64,000 nucleotides of DNA from Nemertoderma westbladi. Lineage: Eukaryota > Animalia > Xenacoelomorpha. The notes under the pieces are model-generated. The model was not told the origin of the DNA. It made no database searches and was given only the letters and a program-made list of their open reading frames with translations. Below, piece after piece: positions 61,701 to 64,000 of this stretch. Both the position numbers and the translations under genes were made by a program. The stretch covers positions 50,814-114,813 of the forward strand of contig JAUCBJ010007042.1 of the NCBI GenBank assembly GCA_032718475.1. Direction: 5' to 3'. Numbering within the stretch: the first letter of the stretch is position 1; each line of letters begins with the position of its first letter.

Positions 61701-63317
61701 CCCATTTCGTTGTTTATAATGCTTTTAGGCTGATACTTGGCAGAGGTCTACTACACCATAGACTGCGTGTTTGTGGAGAACTCTGACCAATCTGCAATTC
61801 CTCTGTCTGCCACTAGGGGGCCAAATGTCTGAAAGTGAAAACCTTATCCCATTTCGTTATTAATAATGCTTTTAGGCTGACACTTGGCAGATGTGTATTA
61901 CACCATATGGTGTGTGTCTGTGGAGGACGCCCAACTACCTGCAGTTCTCCATTCGGCCACTAAGGGGCGAAATATCTGAAAGTGAAAACCTTATCCCATT
62001 TCGTTGTTTATAATTCTTATAGGCTGGTACTTGGCAGAGGTCTACTACACCATAGGCTGCGTGTTTGTGGAGAACTCTGACCAATCTGCAATTCCTCTGT
62101 CTGCCACTAGGCGGGCCAAATGTCTGAAAGTGAAAACCTTATCCCATTTCGTTATTAATAATGCTTTTAGGCTGACACTTGGCAGATGTGTATTACACCA
62201 TAGGCTGTGTGTCTGAAGAGGACGCCGAACAACCTGCAGTTCTCTATTCGGCCGCTAGGGGGCGAAATGTCTGAACGTGAAAACCTTATCCCATTTTGAT
62301 GTTTATAATGTTTTTAGGCTGATACTTGTCAGAGGTCTACTACATCAAAGACTGCGTGTTTGTGGAGAACTAAGACCAATCTGCAATAGCTCTGTCTGCC
62401 GCTAGGGGGCGCAATGTCTGAAAGTGAAAACCTTTATGCATTTCATTGTTTATAATGCTTTTTTGCTGATACTCGACAGAGGTCTACTACACCATAGACT
62501 GTGTGTTTGGGGAGAAGCTACTGTAGAACCAGTCTGCATTTATCCAGTCTACCGCTTGGAGGCCAAATGTCTGAAATTGAAAACCTTATCCCATTTCGTT
62601 ATTAATATGATTTCAGGCTGACACTTGCCAGATGTGTAGTACACCATAGGGTGTGTGTCTAGGTAAGACGCCGAACAAACTGCAGTTCTCCATTCGGCCG
62701 CTAGGGGGGCGAAATGTCTGAAAGTGAAAACCTTATCCCGTTTCGTTGTTTCTAATGCTTTTAGGCTGATACTTGTCAGAGGTCTACTACACCATAGACT
62801 GCGTGTTTGTGGAAAACTCTGACCAATCTGCAATTTCTCAGTCTGCCGCTAGAGGGTGAAATGTCTCAAGTGAAATTCTTCTCCCATTTCGTTGTTTCTA
62901 ATGCTTTTTTGCTTATACTTGGGAAAGGCATGCTTGACCATAGGCTGTTTGTATGGGGAGGACGCTAACCATTCTGCGGATTTCCAGTCTACTGCTAGGG
63001 TGCGAAAAATCTGAATCTGAAAAGTAAAAAACATTCTCACATTTATTTATCAAAAATGCTTTTACGCTGATAATTGTCAGAGGTCTACTGTACTACATCA
63101 TAAGGCTGCATCTATGCGAAGGACGTTGACCAGTGTAGATATCTGAAAAGTAAAACAGCATCAGTCCTTTTGTTTGAGAGAACACTCTCAATCATATGAA
63201 GTTTTGTTAAGATAATTAATTAATTAATGTTTGGAATGGTGAATAGGCTTGTGAACTAGAAAGCCGTGGCCCGAAGGGCCACTGGCTTTCTAGTATCTAA
63301 TATATATAAATCTCGAT

Positions 63318-63349
<32 letters not shown>

Positions 63350-64000
63350 ATCAGCTATACAATCGAACCCATCTCGATGAAATCTCGCTTGCTATAGCTC
63401 GTTAGAAAGGTCTCGCTCTAACTCGTTGCAACGTAATACTCAGAGTCGTCTGAAGTTCACCCGTCTGCCGCTAGAGGGCGATTTTCGTGATTTTCGGGCG
63501 AAATTTATCGAATTATTTCGGTTCTTCTATCGGTAATTAATTATTTAGAGGGCTAACATTTATCCCATCTGGTATAAAATTAACATGAGTAGATTCGCCG
63601 TGTCCCATTCTCACAAAGTTTTTATTTTATTCGAGTGTTTAATATAAATATGTATGATTATTTATTGATTAAAAACCAAATAGTGTATAAATATGTCATA
63701 TTCGCCAAGCACGATCGAATTGGCCTATTGGTATTGAATAGGGAAGGATTGTTTTCTGTATCATAGCAACGTTAAGGTAATTATTGAACTCGCAGCTAGC
63801 TGGCTGGGCACAGATAAGGAGCAAGCAGGCTGGAGTGTTGATTGGGGTGGGTTTGGGTTGTCTGTTGCGAATTGCTCAGAGTAATTCTGCTTTCTCAATC
63901 ATTGGCTGCATGGAAAAGGAGAGGTTTATAACATTTTTGTTTTACTGTTATGAATATTAAAAGTAAAATAATTATTTCTGTAGGCCTATACTGAGTCGCG
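43663..64000 (+). mobile_element. Head-to-tail array of non-autonomous Helitrons (9 complete units plus 1 partial)
   Basis: Each unit starts TC(TA)TATATATAAAT followed by (TGTC)n and ends with the hairpin CTAGAAAGC(C/T)GTGGCCCGAAGGGCCAC(T/A)GGCTTTCTAG. Unit ends at 45661, 48025, 50000, 52062, 54930, 56666, 58856, 60844, 63293. The first unit follows an A (A|TC). No Rep/helicase ORF. Confidence 0.88.
43960..63100 (+). repeat. ~146-147-bp internal tandem repeats of the Helitron units (two related monomer families)
   Basis: GAAAGTGAAAACC recurs at 44207, 44354, 44501 (period 147); type A core CCGCTAGGGGGC, type B core CCGCTAGAGGG(C/T). Confidence 0.92.

Noticed and set aside
43588-63040. Many 60-110 aa ORFs in the Helitron array
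   Set aside because: They are repeat-derived frames spanning microsatellites, with no domain motifs and inconsistent stops between copies.
45624-63293. Recurring 38-bp palindrome resembling a CRISPR repeat or attC site
   Set aside because: The spacers are 1.7-2.9 kb homologous units, there are no cas or integrase genes, the context is eukaryotic, and hairpin+CTAG with TC starts is the Helitron terminus signature.

Overview
Eukaryotic (bilaterian invertebrate-like, AT-rich) repeat-dense window. 375-16411: an apparently intact, very young BEL/Pao LTR retrotransposon on the minus strand, with 2086-bp LTRs, a 2794-aa gag-PR-RT-RH-IN ORF and an orphan ORF in the env position. It has no target-site duplication and no tRNA-type PBS; instead the PBS position is exactly complementary to a 10-mer inside its own LTR. 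Its right LTR interrupts the protease of a second, rearranged BEL element (16412-26870), which carries downstream of its integrase a frameshifted accessory gene for a DEDDy-type 3'-5' exonuclease fused to three CCHC zinc knuckles. 27-40 kb: Kolobok-like and Mutator-like MITEs, LINE fragments, two tRNA-derived SINEs and an intronless tetraspanin gene. 40.5-42.5 kb: a TTAGG-containing 13-bp satellite. 43039-43579: a two-exon secreted Ly6/three-finger-fold gene missed by the ORF track. 43663-64000: a head-to-tail array of at least 10 non-autonomous Helitrons of mixed and chimeric subtypes, whose internal ~147-bp repeats each carry a CTCF-like core with an upstream motif. All family assignments come from motif recognition by eye; no database searches were run.
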